A stretch of DNA of 64,000 nt. Origin: Octopus sinensis (taxonomy: Eukaryota). Below are positions 40,691 through 54,437 of the stretch, piece after piece. The notes under the pieces are model-generated. The model saw nothing but the letters and a program-made list of their open reading frames with translations. It searched no databases and was not told the origin of the DNA. The stretch is taken from positions 70,370,001 to 70,434,000 of the forward strand of contig NC_043001.1 in the NCBI RefSeq assembly GCF_006345805.1. The letters are read 5' to 3'. A program made the translations under genes and the position numbers. The number at the start of each line of letters is the position of its first letter. Positions within the stretch are counted from its first letter, which is position 1.

Positions 40691-41815
40691 TTCGGCCGAC
40701 ATACCACAATATTTTTATTTCTCAGTAGTACATCATAAAGAATCTAGCTGGGAAGCAATATAAATTATGTCTTATAAGGAAGTTCTATGGTTTCGAATAT
40801 TGAAAAACAAGGAAATTAAATGCTGGAAATCTTTCACGCCCTACCGTATGACCGTTTCGAGGATATTAACATTTCTGAATTTGCCAAAGGAGAAACATTT
40901 CTCGGAAAAAATGCTGCAACATATTTAATCAACCCCCTTCTTCATTGGTACTTATTCATGACATTGCACTTGGTGAATACTTAGCAAAGAAGTATGAAAT
41001 ATGATAGCAATATTGGTGAGGTTTCAAATCAGACGATATATTACCATAACTGAAGTTGAAGCCATATTTTCCGGTGCTTTAATAATTTTGCAAGCTAGTG
41101 CAATAATTAATAATGTATTTTTAATTTAAAGTAGTATCATATTCAAGCAACAATTTTAGATTTTGATACAAGGCCAGTAATATTAGAAAAAAAGGATATG
41201 GTGATTACATCGACACTATTTTTAATGATCAACTTGTATTTAGTTCATCAACCTCAAAAGGATGAAATTTCAAGTTGACCTCAGAATGAAAATATGCATG
41301 AAATGGTGCTAAGCATTCTGTCAGCAGTTGCCAGGAAGCTTCAAGGGGATAGAGGCCCTAATTCTGATTTAGTTACGTCGTGGTTTGCTGTATATAAATA
41401 TATATATACTCTAGGGTTCTGTGCATTGATTTTCCAAGGGACCTATAATACTGGAAAGACAACTGTGTTTACCGCCTTTGCGTTACATAGGTAATAATCC
41501 TTTCTACTATAGGCACAAGGCCTGAAATTTTGATGAAGGGGTTCAGTTGATTACATGAACCCTTGATGTCACACGTTTACTTAATTTAACGGTCCCGAAA
41601 AGGATGGAAGTTAAAATTGACTAGGGCAGAATTTAAACTCAGAAAGAAACAACGGATTAAATGTTACTAAGGATTTAGTCTGTCGGGTAGTGATTCGGTC
41701 ATTTCGCTTTCTTTGCTGGCCTTAATTAATAATAATACCTTGTATAATACAAGCCATCTTATTTGCTGAGAATGAATAGATCTGCCAGAAATAACTAACT
41801 GATATATTTTATGAT

Positions 41816-43540
41816 TCTTCTCAACCATCATGGTACCATCCTTTGTTCTGATTCATCTGCAGTTTTAGCATCCTGACTTTCTGCTAGAGGTCCCACTTAT
41901 ATTCTAATGTACTTTATATCCTACCGGAAATTTTTTCACGCTGACCAGGTCTCTTTAGCCTCCCTACACTCACGTTTAATTAGTCTATCCAGCTCGCTAG
42001 ACCTTTTAGATTTCCTGATATTCTGTCTGTTACTCATAATTGAAAGGACCTCCTCAATGATCCATTTCCTTTTTTTATATATATTTACTTTTGGCAAGAT
42101 TTCCTGGGCTGTCTCTTCTAAGGTGTTTCTCATTACTTTCTGGGTCAACTCGTCGCCATAATCATTCAACTGATTAAATATGTTCATTACATTGATGGAA
42201 TACTCAACTGTAACTCCGGTTCATCCAGTTGCTCACTAACCAGTTTCTTTGTAGCTTTTATTCTCTTCAACTTTTTTCACTTACATTGCAGTGTGTATAC
42301 CACTGGTACATTATCTTTCTTACAGTCTGCTCCTAGATATGTTTCTGCATATTTTACTGGACTTTTAAATCTGTCATTCATGGAGATATAATCAATCTGG
42401 TTTCTCAATGTGTCACCAGGGACCTACGATGTATAAATTATTCTAGGGTGTTTCTTAAACCAGGAGTTCGTAATAATACTATTCAATGTCTCACATCAAC
42501 ATATTCATCTCTCACCTCAAACATTTTTCCTCGCTAATTTCACTCTGACCAACTTTACCGTCCTGTCGACGATCTAACCTTGCATTCCTGTGTCCCAAGC
42601 TGGTTGAGAAGATTGACATTTTGAATGGATGAACAGAAAATATGGATTTATTTCATGATGAGTGAGCAACCTTGCCTGGTGTTTTTACTCTAATGAGTAA
42701 AAATCCTACCATCTGAAGTACAGGTAGCCACCAAAATGATGAGGAAAAAACATAGATGCTGGATCAAACGGAATTGCCTTTGAGATGATAAAAGCATTAG
42801 AGAAATATGAAATTAGAAAACTGACAGCTGTTATCTACAAGATCTACGGTGATAGGAGACTGCCAGAAATTTTGTGTAAGTCCTTCTTTATGGCACTCCC
42901 GAAGAAATCAGGAGCGGTAAATTGTGAACAACATCGCAGCATTTGTCTCATGAGTCACATTTCAAAGATCATTCTTAGAACTTTACTCCTGCGAGCAAGA
43001 AGCAGAATGACACCTGAGATTAAAATTGAACAGCTTGGCTTTGCCAAGGGTGCTAGTACTAAAAATGATGTTTTTGTATTCAGCATGATAATGGATCGGT
43101 TTGTAAAGTTGTAAAAATACGCCTTCATATGTTTTATAGATTCCACAAAAGCCTTCGGCAAAGTAAGACATGACATTTTATTTGAAGAATTCAGTAACCT
43201 TGATTTGCATTGGAAACACCTCCAAGTCTTGCAGAGACTATATTGGAAACGATAGTGTTCATAAAAGTTAAAACACTAGCATCCCGAGAGGGGATAGACA
43301 AGGATGTGTTATGCCATCAGATCTCTTCAGTTACTATAGCAAATTGATCATAAAAAAATTAGAGAAAGAGAAAGTCCTAGGGTATGAGGCAGCAACATCA
43401 CAAACATAAGATAAGCAGATGACACAGCCTTACTTGCAGAAATAGAAAAAGAACTTCTAGATGTAGTGCTCAGAGGTGAGCGGAGAAGTTTGTTCATAAA
43501 TAGCAAGACGATAGAGTGTATGGTGATACACCATTTCACA
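41816..43540. mobile_element. RTE (BovB-like) LINE fossil with inverted 5' part
   Basis: Minus strand 42600-41816 carries AP-endonuclease motifs (ITNSWFKKHPR, NQIDYI, TYLGADC). Plus strand from 42601 carries RT motifs (HRSICLMSH, EQLGF, FIDSTKAF, NIR*ADDT). Confidence 0.88.
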
Positions 43541-43919
43541 TATAGTCATGGGCAAGCAATTCAATTCACTTTTGGTTGAGTTCAAGTAAGTCATGCTGAT
43601 AAGCCATAAAATGGCGAAAGAACGATGTCCATCGCCTCTGAATGGAATTTGGAGTTTTCTGGTCCGTCTATGACTTCAGGGATTTTAACAAACGAAGCTT
43701 TAAGAGAGTCATCTCCGCCACGTCAGTTCACACACTATCGGTAGGGCATATTATGTATGTGTGTTCGATGATACAAATATATACATAAATAAATAGATAC
43801 ATACTAAAAAACATGCATACATACATACGTAGGTAAGGTAGGTAGGTAGATACTTAAATAGATAGATAGACAGATAGGCAGGCAGACTGCCAGATGGACA
43901 GAGAGGCAGACAGAGGGAC

Positions 43920-44001
<82 letters not shown>

Positions 44002-44194
44002 TAGTGACTGGCGAAAAGAATAATATAGAATTTCAATTGATATAAAATATTCTAAGATAAAAAGATTGAAATCTGACGTTTTGCGGGCAATCATTCCATC
44101 GGAATATAAAAGAAACAGTGAGAGAAACAGGAAGAATGAAAGTGATCTGGTACTAGTGTTTGTAGTACTGTTTCTGGTAATAGTATGGGTCTTG

Positions 44195-44610
44195 GAGATT
44201 GTCGTCGTAGTGGTGCAGGTGTCTGCGGTTTTGATGGTGATAGTGGTGATTGTAGTGGTAGTGGTAGTGGTGGTACTAGTAGTATTTTTGATGGTATTGG
44301 TACTTGTAGTTGTAGATTAGTAATCCTGTTGGCGAGAAAGCCGGCAGCAATGTTTAGAGAATATTTTTTTATATTTCGGAGTGTCTCTCGACAAGGTTGT
44401 AGTGGTGATAGTCGTCATAGTTATTTTCGTCACCATAGTGGTGTAAGTGTTTGTGGTTTTGATGGTGATAGTGGAGAGAGTAGTGATGGTGGTGGTGGTA
44501 GTGGTGGTGGTGATGGTAGTGGTATTTTTGATACTATTGGAACTGCTAGTGGTAGATTAATAATGTGGTTGGTGGGAAAACCTGCAATAACGTTTACAGA
44601 ATAATTTTAT
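44195..44610. repeat. Diverged ~230-bp direct duplication in GGT/GTA-rich sequence
   Basis: ggttttgatggtgatagtgg..gtatttttgat..gtagatta..gcaat/gcaataa occurs twice. Confidence 0.65.
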
Positions 44611-44907
44611 ATAATTAGGGAATTCCTATAATAAAATATATTTCACTAATGCCCCGGCATGACCGTAATCAATTGGCAAACATGAGTAAAACAATAAAAA
44701 GATAAAATAATACAATATGATCCTGTAGAAGATAAAATGTTCACCATTGTGACATAGCGCCAAACTATGGGTAAAAAGTGCTGTCAGCAGTCATTTGAGG
44801 AATATAATGTCGAAATAATTAGCAGAGTGATTTAGTTATGTCCAATGGTTCGAGAAAGTTCCTGGACATTCCTTCAAATGCCTCCTTGTCTATGTATTTA
44901 TCTACAC

Positions 44908-44977
<70 letters not shown>

Positions 44978-44998
44978 TAGATATATATATGTATATAC

Positions 44999-45032
<34 letters not shown>

Positions 45033-45075
45033 ATGTATATGTATGTATGCATGCATGTATATATATGTATGTATG

Positions 45076-45120
<45 letters not shown>

Positions 45121-45204
45121 ACAAATTTAGGGAATAGAGCATGCCATCTACTGACTTCTCGAAGCTTACTAAGCTTTCTAACTTCCTACTACTGGATCTT
45201 TAGC

Positions 45205-46380
45205 TCTTTGTCCTGTTTTTATTCTTTACTTGTACTGTATTTTTTGGTATTTGTATTTGTTTTTTATTTGTATTGCTTTTACGTCCTGTTTTTGTCACAT
45301 TTATTTCTTTCCTTGTTTTTACCCCTCTGCAAAGGAATTTTATTTAATGCTTTCGCAGGAAAGGCTAGTTCGACGAGTCGTGTTCTGTCCTTACCTTCGA
45401 AACACGCATGGAGTCGAACTAGGGACAGCTGATGAAGGGGAATTTTCCTTGTATTGTTTGTCTTGTACTCTGTTTTATCGTTGTTAAAAAAAGTCCGTTC
45501 CATGCTTGTTTTTACGTTTTCTTTTCTCGTTGAGTTCTACGTCTATTTGTGGCGTCCTGTACTCACATATATATATTTATAAATGCATATATATATATAC
45601 ATGTAGATGTAGGTACGTACATATATGTATGTATGTATACATATATTTTATTTTAATAATTTATTGCATGACTGAGCGCCCTCGCGTCGTTTCGTTTCTT
45701 TTCTGTTCTCCAAGTAAGTTTTTATATGACACGAAACTCTGTAACCCTTTGCTTGACCTTCCCTTCCTTCCTGTCTGTCTTCCTCTTTGCCTGTCTCTTT
45801 CCTTCTTATTTTTCGCCCTTTCTGGTTTCCTTTCCTCTTAATCTCTCTCTCTCTCTCTCACTCCTCTTCATCTCTCACACGGCCGCGTCGACCACTTCCT
45901 TTCGCTGGCGGCCTCCTACAAGTGAACACGCTTTTTTCCTGCGCTCTTGAATTTTTCCATCGTCTAGGCTAAAAAAAGGCCCTCAATGTTTGTTTCCTTG
46001 TCCTATTTTTATTCTTTACTTGTACTGTATTTTTTTGTTTTTGTATTTTTATTTTGTATTTGTTTTTTATTTGTATTTTTTTATTTGTATTGTTTTTACG
46101 TCCTGTTTTTGTCACATATTTTTCTTTCCTTGTTTTTACCACTCTGCAAAGGAATTTTATTTAATTCTTTCGCATGAAGGGCTAGTTCGACGAGTCGTGT
46201 TCTGTCGAACGCATGGAGTCGAACTAGGGACAGCTAATGAAGGGGAATTTTCCTTGTATTGTTTGTCTTGTACTCTGTTTTTTCGTTGTTAAAAAAAGTC
46301 CGTTTCCATGTTTGTTTTTACGTTTTCGTTTCTCGTTGAATTCTACGTCTATTTGTGGCGTCCTGTACTCACATATATAT
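45205..46380 (+). mobile_element. Element with ~370-bp direct repeats (45205-45570 and 45995-46380)
   Basis: Shared ttgtcc..attctttacttgtactgtat..gctagttcgacgagtcg..ggcgtcctgtactcacat. The spacer is CT-rich. Confidence 0.8.
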
Positions 46381-46455
46381 ATATTATATATATATATATA
46401 TTATATATATATATATATATATACACATATATTTATATATATATATTTATATTTA

Positions 46456-46534
<79 letters not shown>

Positions 46535-46668
46535 CACATATATTTATATATATATTTATATATATATATTTATATTTATATTTATATTTATATTTATTTA
46601 TATATATATATTTCTATTTACATTTATATTTATATTTATATATATATATATCATTTATTATTATTATT

Positions 46669-47040
46669 GAGTGAGAGAGCAATGCATGCCATCAAAGTGA
46701 CACTGGGGTAACATATACGAAGCCCAGTATACCTATCATGATTACCCGTCTCATTAGGGTATACTAGGCACATGCATCACAACCATGTGTGCGCCACATG
46801 GTGATCTCATATCAAGATAAACAGCGCATCCCGCTCAAAAGGTACCTGAATATGGATTGTTTAAGGATGTTGAACGAACCACCCATGTTTCCAAAGGTGA
46901 ATTATCCAAACCCCAAAGAATTCCTCTCGACACACGGTTATGATGCACCCCCACTACTTCAGCTTGTGATCAGAGATGCACATATCGTCCGCCACTAAGG
47001 GACATGGTCAACTGTAACTTTGTGGTATTGAGCAGAATAT
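46669..47040 (-). mobile_element. Second copy of the 9251-9786 retroposon
   Basis: Colinear with 9251-9700 but with deletions. Flanked by (TTA)n. Confidence 0.85.
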
Positions 47041-47232
47041 TATTATTATTATTATAATTATTATTATTATTACTTTTTTTTCTTCTTTTAAATTTGCTTC
47101 CATTTCTTGCCGAGTGTCTTCCCGACTCCTAGGGCAAAGAAACTCATAGTATACATTGGTAGGCCATTAAACCAATCTTAGTTCGTTCATTTTTTTTTTT
47201 TTAAGTTAAATGAAAATACATGAGCAGCAAGA

Positions 47233-47307
<75 letters not shown>

Positions 47308-48282
47308 GAAGCTGCAAGAGCATCACAAGAAGCTGCTACTCAGAGTTTTACGTTCCCGCTCGTCGGACAGTTGTGATCAGAACAGTGATGTTCCTGCAGC
47401 TTCAATGATAATAAAATAATAAAGCATTATTCTACATATGGTATTTGAATAGGGATTCTTTTACTCTTTATTTTGCATTTTTGTGCCTACTCATGTGCAA
47501 ATGCATATATGTGTGTATGTGTGTGTGTGTGTTAGTATATATACACATACATACATATATGTCCGTGTGTGTGCGCGCGAGTGTGTTGGTATTTGTGTGT
47601 GTGTATTTGTTAGCACACATAAACACACAGACAAATTCTTTTATTCCCTTATAACTCTGTTCCAATATCTAGTTTTCTATTTAACTGTGAAACCGGCAGG
47701 GGTGCCGACACATCAGAACTGAGAAAGTGTACTTGTTGAAATGCTAGTCACTTTGTAGATTAAATTCATCAACGCATTCTTAGATTTGTCCATCGCCAAT
47801 ACTTAAAGATAGCTAGCTTGGCTGTTGTAAGATCCGCAAGGAAGAGATGAACAAAAACTACCAACAGTGCCATAAAGCCAACAAAGAAAAAACAAAGCAA
47901 ATTTAAAAAAAAAGAAAACAAAAAGATATTGATAGCTTCGAATCTGTTGGTAAACAACAATCCCAGCACATGTAGATCAAATATCGAGCGCTTTTAGAGT
48001 GATTTCATTTATTTATTTATTTATCTATTTATTTATTCAATCATTTTTTTTCTTTTTTTACGTTCATTTTATCTCGTTTATGTAAATTTTTGGATATTAT
48101 TTGTTACTTTAACGCCGATATCAATCAAGGTACTTTGTTTAAAGTTGATATGCATACATACATACACACACATATATCTGTGTGCCTCTATATATATATA
48201 TATATGTGTGTGGGTGTGTGTGTATATATATAATATATATATATATATATTGGAAGATGATATATTTATAAACACACACGCG

Positions 48283-48346
<64 letters not shown>

Positions 48347-48392
48347 ATATATATATATGGTATGAATATATAAATATATGTGTGTGCGTGTG

Positions 48393-48655
48393 AAGGCGCG
48401 TGGCTTAATGGTTAGAGCATTCGGCTCACGAATGTAGGATCGTGAGTTCAATTCCCGGCGACGTGTTGTGTCTTTGAGCAAAAAACTTTATCTCACTTTG
48501 CTCCAGTTCACTCCCCTGGCAAAAATGAGTTGTACCTGTATTTCAAAGGGACAGGCTTGTCACACTCTGTGTCACGCGGAATCTCCCTGATAAGTACGTT
48601 AGAGGTACACGTATCAGCTGCGACCCTCGTCGTCGTAACCAACGGAGTGCTCCTT
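48393..48655 (+). mobile_element. tRNA-derived CORE-SINE
   Basis: A box TGGCTTAATGG, B box GAGTTCAATTCC, and CORE-like tttgagcaaaaaactttatctcac..ggcaaaaatgagt. Confidence 0.85.
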
Positions 48656-48932
48656 ATATATCAGGACCTGCATAATTTTCATATCGTTTGCATTGTATGT
48701 TGCTAATGCTACAAAGACACACGAAAGAGAATGGTGGTTACACAGACATAAAGAAAAGTAATAGAATAATTGGACAAATTAATATTACTATATCTGTCTT
48801 TTCGTCATACTCGTTCTCTTGGTCAATATTATACATTCATACATATATACATACATGCATGTACGTATGTATGAATGTACGTATATATGTTATAAAGACT
48901 TTTACATATGTATACAAGTGTATGTGTGTATG

Positions 48933-49001
<69 letters not shown>

Positions 49002-49006
<5 letters not shown>

Positions 49007-49282
49007 CATATGTATATATGTATATAAATATATATATATATATTATATACACTAGATATACATTCACTTGCACGTATACACACACACACAGTGAGTTAGA
49101 GGTTGAGAACCAACTAAGGGATAGTACCCATCCAATATATTGCTGGTAGTGTACCAATTATTCATGCCCAAGTGCTAGTTATCGCGTAGTAATCTCGCAA
49201 CTGAGTGTTATCTATGTGCATGTGTAAAAAGTGATTTACCCTTGATGCCGTATATATATATATACATTTAGTTGTACGTATA

Positions 49283-49329
<47 letters not shown>

Positions 49330-49604
49330 CATATGTATATATGTATATAAATATATATATATATATTATATACACTAGATATACATTCACTGCACGTATA
49401 CACACACACACAGTGAGTTAGAGGTTGAGAAACCAACTAAGGGATAGTACCCATCCAATATATTGCTGGTAGTGTACCCAATTATTCATGCCCAAGTGCT
49501 AGTTATCGCGTAGTAATCTCGCAACTGAGTGTTATCTATGTGCATGTGTAAAAAGTGATTTACCCTTGATGCCGTATATATATATATACATTTAGTTGTA
49601 CGTA
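49002..49604. repeat. Near-identical ~320-bp tandem duplication
   Basis: 49002-49280 is repeated at 49325-49604 with only single-base indels. Confidence 0.92.
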
Positions 49605-49739
49605 TATATATATATATATATATATGCACATCTACTTGTACGTATATATATATATACATATGCATATTATTGCTTTGATGTGAACATGTGTATTCGCATG
49701 TGTATGCACGTGGGTATGGACAAAAGAGATGCTGACAAA

Positions 49740-49782
<43 letters not shown>

Positions 49783-50374
49783 AGAGAGATACAGACAAAC
49801 AGTCAGTCAGAAAGGGATAGAAAGTAGAATGAATAAGAAGTAACAAGAAAACATATTACAGTTATCATAACAAACATACTGTGCAACCGAGAAAAATAAT
49901 CAATACGGAGAACAATATTTGTGACATTTTGAACAGTTATGTCACTTTTAGGAATTAGTAATAGATTTCAGGTATGAGTACAGAGACACAGGTTTTACAC
50001 ACAAACACCCTTACAACTTAAAAGCAAACACATATAGTAGGGTATTTTGCGTGTTTGCGCGTGAGTGTGTGTGTGTGTGTGTATCTGCGTGAGTATGTAC
50101 GCAATTATATTATATGAATACCTACAGATATGTATATGAAATACTTGTTTTGAAACTATATTTACTTTCTCGTGACAACCTGTCAACCTTTTTTAAAATG
50201 GTAATAGAGGAATATCTGAAATGTAGCTCGACTAAAATCCAATCAAAATCGCAGTCTATTATCCTAAAATAACTGTGACCACCTGGGTAATCTAATAGAT
50301 ATACCTAAATGTGGTCACAGTATCAGCAGCTGCGACTAACTTCAAAATAAAATGTAACGCTATTTTTTTTTCCG

Positions 50375-50790
50375 TAGGCGTAGGTGTGTGGTAAGAAGCC
50401 TGCTTCCCAACCACATGGTTCTGGGCTTAGTCCCACTTCGTGGCAACGTGGGCGAGTGTCTTCTGCTATAGCCTCGGGTCGAGTGGATTTGATAAACGGA
50501 AACTCAAAGAAGCCTGTCGTATATATATATATATATGTGTGTGTGTGTATGTGTGTGTGTGTGTGTGTGTGTGCGTGTGTGTGTATCTTTGTATCTGTGT
50601 TTGTTCCCATCACCACTCAACAGCCGGTGTTGGTTGGTTTACGTCTCCGTGACTTAGCGGTTCAATATAAGAGAGTGATATTAGTACTAGGTTTAGAAAA
50701 TAAGTCCTGTGGTTGAATTGTTGCACTAACCCCCACCCCATTCCAAGGCACTGCTTTAGCAAATGCCTGACAAAAGTAAAAGAATAAGCG
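50375..50790 (+). mobile_element. tRNA-derived SINE with internal (TA)/(TG) tract
   Basis: gtgtggtaagaagcctgcttcccaaccacatggtt head and gtaaaagaat tail. Minus-strand relatives lie at 52165-52345 and 54845-55005. Confidence 0.75.
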
Positions 50791-52410
50791 AATATTAAAA
50801 TAGCTCATTTTAGGTTTCACTTAATATAGAAAATAGGTGGCGAGCTGGTAGAATCCTACTGCGGAGGGAAAAAATGCTTAGCGGCATTTCTTCCGTCTCT
50901 ATATTCAAGTTCAAATTCCGACGAGGCCGACTTTACCTTTCATCATTTCGGTGTCGATAAAATGAGTACCAGTTAAATACGGACGTCGATGTAATCGATT
51001 TATCTGAACAATTTAGTTTAGAAATATATGAGAAAGCATGGTGCATCAAAGAATTAAATGTTTAACATAATGGCATGAAGAAGGGTGTGAGGGCCTGCAG
51101 TGAAAAGAATAATAATAAAATCGAAAACAGTATATGTTAATATGTTCTTTCGTCGATAAGAATCATACATAACAAAAAAACAAAATAAGGAAAATATATA
51201 TATATGAAGTTTGTTTGTTATGTATGCCGCTACAACTGTTTGAAATCTAATCCTTCTTACCTTTCTATAGAATTCCTTTAAATTAAATTCTTCTTTGACT
51301 AGTAAGAGAATACGAGTTACAATTAAACGTGGAATAGGAAAACATGCCAAACAAATAATAGGGATTTCTCAATTATCATCTTCTGGAAGGTAATATATTA
51401 TTTTTGTTGGGCTTCGAAAATAGGACTTTTTTCCTTTTCAATTAACGAAGAGCAAGCATCTACTCCAACTTCCTTCATTGGAAATCAGTTGAGTTACATA
51501 TGATGAGTTCAGTTTCTTTACCACAAGACTATAGTGAATTGATGTAGGTAAAGAGAAGAGAAAATAAAATACAAGAGAAACGATGATAAAGAACAGATCA
51601 TCAAATAAATGGCTGGTGTTGATAGAAAATAAATGAGGAGAGAAGATGAATATAGAGTAAGTCCACTTTAGCACTAATACATAATAAGAGGTTGGCACAA
51701 AGAAAGTAATTGAATATAGACTCATATCGAAATACACAGACCAGGTGTGATTGTATAAATATGTGTGCGTGTGTTTATGTATGCGTCAAGAGAGAGAGGG
51801 GGGTTAAGACGCCATATTTAAGTATGTTTATATTTACTCAGACACACACGAACACGCATACGCACACATATGCATATGCATGCATAATTGCAATTATGTA
51901 TATATACACATATAAATGTGTATGTAAATATATATGTATACATATATCATATATACATTATATATATATATATATATACATACATACACACATGTGTATG
52001 TATGTATGCATGTATGTATGTATGTATGTGTGTATGTATGTATGTATGTACGTATGTACGTATGCTTGTACAGAGACAGAGAGGAGGGAAATATACAAGA
52101 GTGAGGGGGAAAGTAATGCAATTTTTATTTGAATCGCTTTTGGATTCTTCTCCTTATTCTTTTATTCTTTTCATTCTTTCCGTCATTTGACTGCCGCCAT
52201 GCTGCAGTACCACTTTTGTCGAACAGATCGATCCCAGGACTTATTCTTGGTAAGCATAGTCCGTATTCTATCGTTCACTTTTGCCCAACCCTTAAGGCAC
52301 AGGGACATAAACACATCAGCATCGGTTGTCAAGCGATGGTAGGGGAAGAAATACAGCACACACACAAATACACACACTAACACACACAAATACACACACA
52401 CACACACACA

Positions 52411-52450
<40 letters not shown>

Positions 52451-52484
52451 TATGAATATATATATATATATATATATATGAATA

Positions 52485-53680
52485 TCACCAAATGATCTTA
52501 AACTTAGACCGATAATAGCAGGCCCAGCATGTGAAACTCACCGCCTCAGCAATTTCTTAGACACACTTCTTAAGCCTTTCCTAAAGCACATCAAAAGCTA
52601 CGTAAGAGACGATATAGACATGCTTAACCACCTCCCAAAAACAGTCAATGAGAAAACCCTTCTAGTATCCTTCGACGTAATTAACCTTTATTCAACATCC
52701 CTCCACCCTAGGAATAGAAGCGATCACTTTCTGGCTAAATAACTACTCCTTGAACTCCAACTCGCAAGAACATAAAAAAACTATAATAGAAGGACTTAGA
52801 TTTATTTTAGAACAATTACTTATTTTTGACAATAATTTCTACAGACAAAGATTGGGAACAGCGATGGGCACGCGCACTGCGCCTTCTTTTGCCAACCTAG
52901 TGATGAGATACCTCGAGAAAATACTCTACCAGATAACACTCGAGAAATATGGAAACACCTTCTCCACCTATATCCAGAACAACTGGAAAAGATACCTCGA
53001 CGACAGCTTTATCCTCTGGGATAAAAGTATAGAGAAACTTGAGGAATTTAAAATACTATTAAATGGTATAAATGATAATATACAGTTCACGATGGATCAT
53101 AACGAAGAAGAATTACCATTTTTAGACATCCTCATTAAGAAAGCCGGCAACAAAATAGAGACAGATATCTATTATAAACCGACAGAGTCCAAGCAGTTTC
53201 TACCCTTTGATTCATGCCACCCAAGACACACTAGAATAAATGTCCCTTTGTGTTTAGCTAGAAGGATTTGCACCATAATATCAGACACAAACACCCGACA
53301 CACACGTCTCCAGGAACTTAGAACTACACTCATAAATAGAAATTATCCACAGCCCCTAATAGACAGTGCAATCCAACGGGCGCTTAAATTAAGTATAGAA
53401 GACCTGAGACAAAAAAAACCAAGAAAGAAAGAAAAATTAAAAACCTTCCCTACATCTCTACAACAACCCCCATTAACAATGAGGCCTTCAGCACCATACT
53501 ACAAAGCACAGCCCTACTAAAGGGAGAACCCAAAGATGAACCGGATCCTCGAAACACACACCATCATTAAAAGTAAACGGCAACCAAAATCCTTGAAAAT
53601 GATCTTAACCCAAGCTAAACTGCACTCAACATCAACCACAAAACCAGCAGTTAGAAAATGTGGAAAGCCCAACTGCGGTG
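52485..53680 (+). mobile_element. Penelope-like retroelement RT region (5'-truncated, frameshifted)
   Basis: LRPIIAGP, LVSFDVINLYS, YRQRLGTAMGT, RYLDD, LPFLDI, DIYYKPT, SCHP and RNYP, then the start of the Cys linker KCGKPNCG. Confidence 0.95.
52750..53520 (+). pseudogene. 256-aa open segment of the Penelope-like reverse transcriptase
   Basis: ORF track entry containing GTAMGT and YLDD. It is bounded by frameshifts, so it is not an intact gene. Confidence 0.9.
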
Positions 53681-54437
53681 TGAGAATTAAAATAGTAAAA
53701 AAAGGGTTGAGGTGGTGGGGAATTACAGTTTCTCAGATCTTTAAACAGTCGCTTCCGCTTGCAGTGGTATGTTTTAGGAAAAGATGAATTTATGAAAAAA
53801 AAAAATTTTTTTTCTGCGAGCAGATCTGATTTTGATTCGTTAAAAAATTGATGACGTTTTTCTTCCGTGGTCAAGCTTGTCGTTCTGCTTGGTTGGTTTC
53901 CTTGCAGGATACAGTTATAGATCGTTCCGGTTCGTTGGTTCTCTTAAAGGGTCTTTTCATTGTATTAGTTGAAGTTTGGTTTGATTGGTTTGGAATTATG
54001 TGACGTCAGTGAACAGTGCCAATGAACAGTGTCACTACTATTGCTGCTACGATCAACAGTCCTCAACTGCTGCAGCTGCTACGGCCACAGCTTAACTGCT
54101 ACAACCCCAACCACCACCAAGCTTGCCAAAATTACGATCAACAGTAACTGCTGCTACTGCCATCTGCTGCTAGGACAGTCACAACCAATAAGCTACTGCG
54201 ACCCCAACCACCACCACGGTTATTACTACTACGACCAACAATCACTACTGCTACCACCTTTCCATTGGAACACAAGGAAACAAAAAAACGGTTCCTTTTA
54301 ATACCAGCAAGAAACAATAATGAACTTCTTTACTACACTCAACTGTAATATAGCGATTATACCAACTACCGACAAAACACCATGGATTCCATTGAGACCA
54401 GTAAGAAACGATTATGAACTTTTCTATCGCACTTTTT

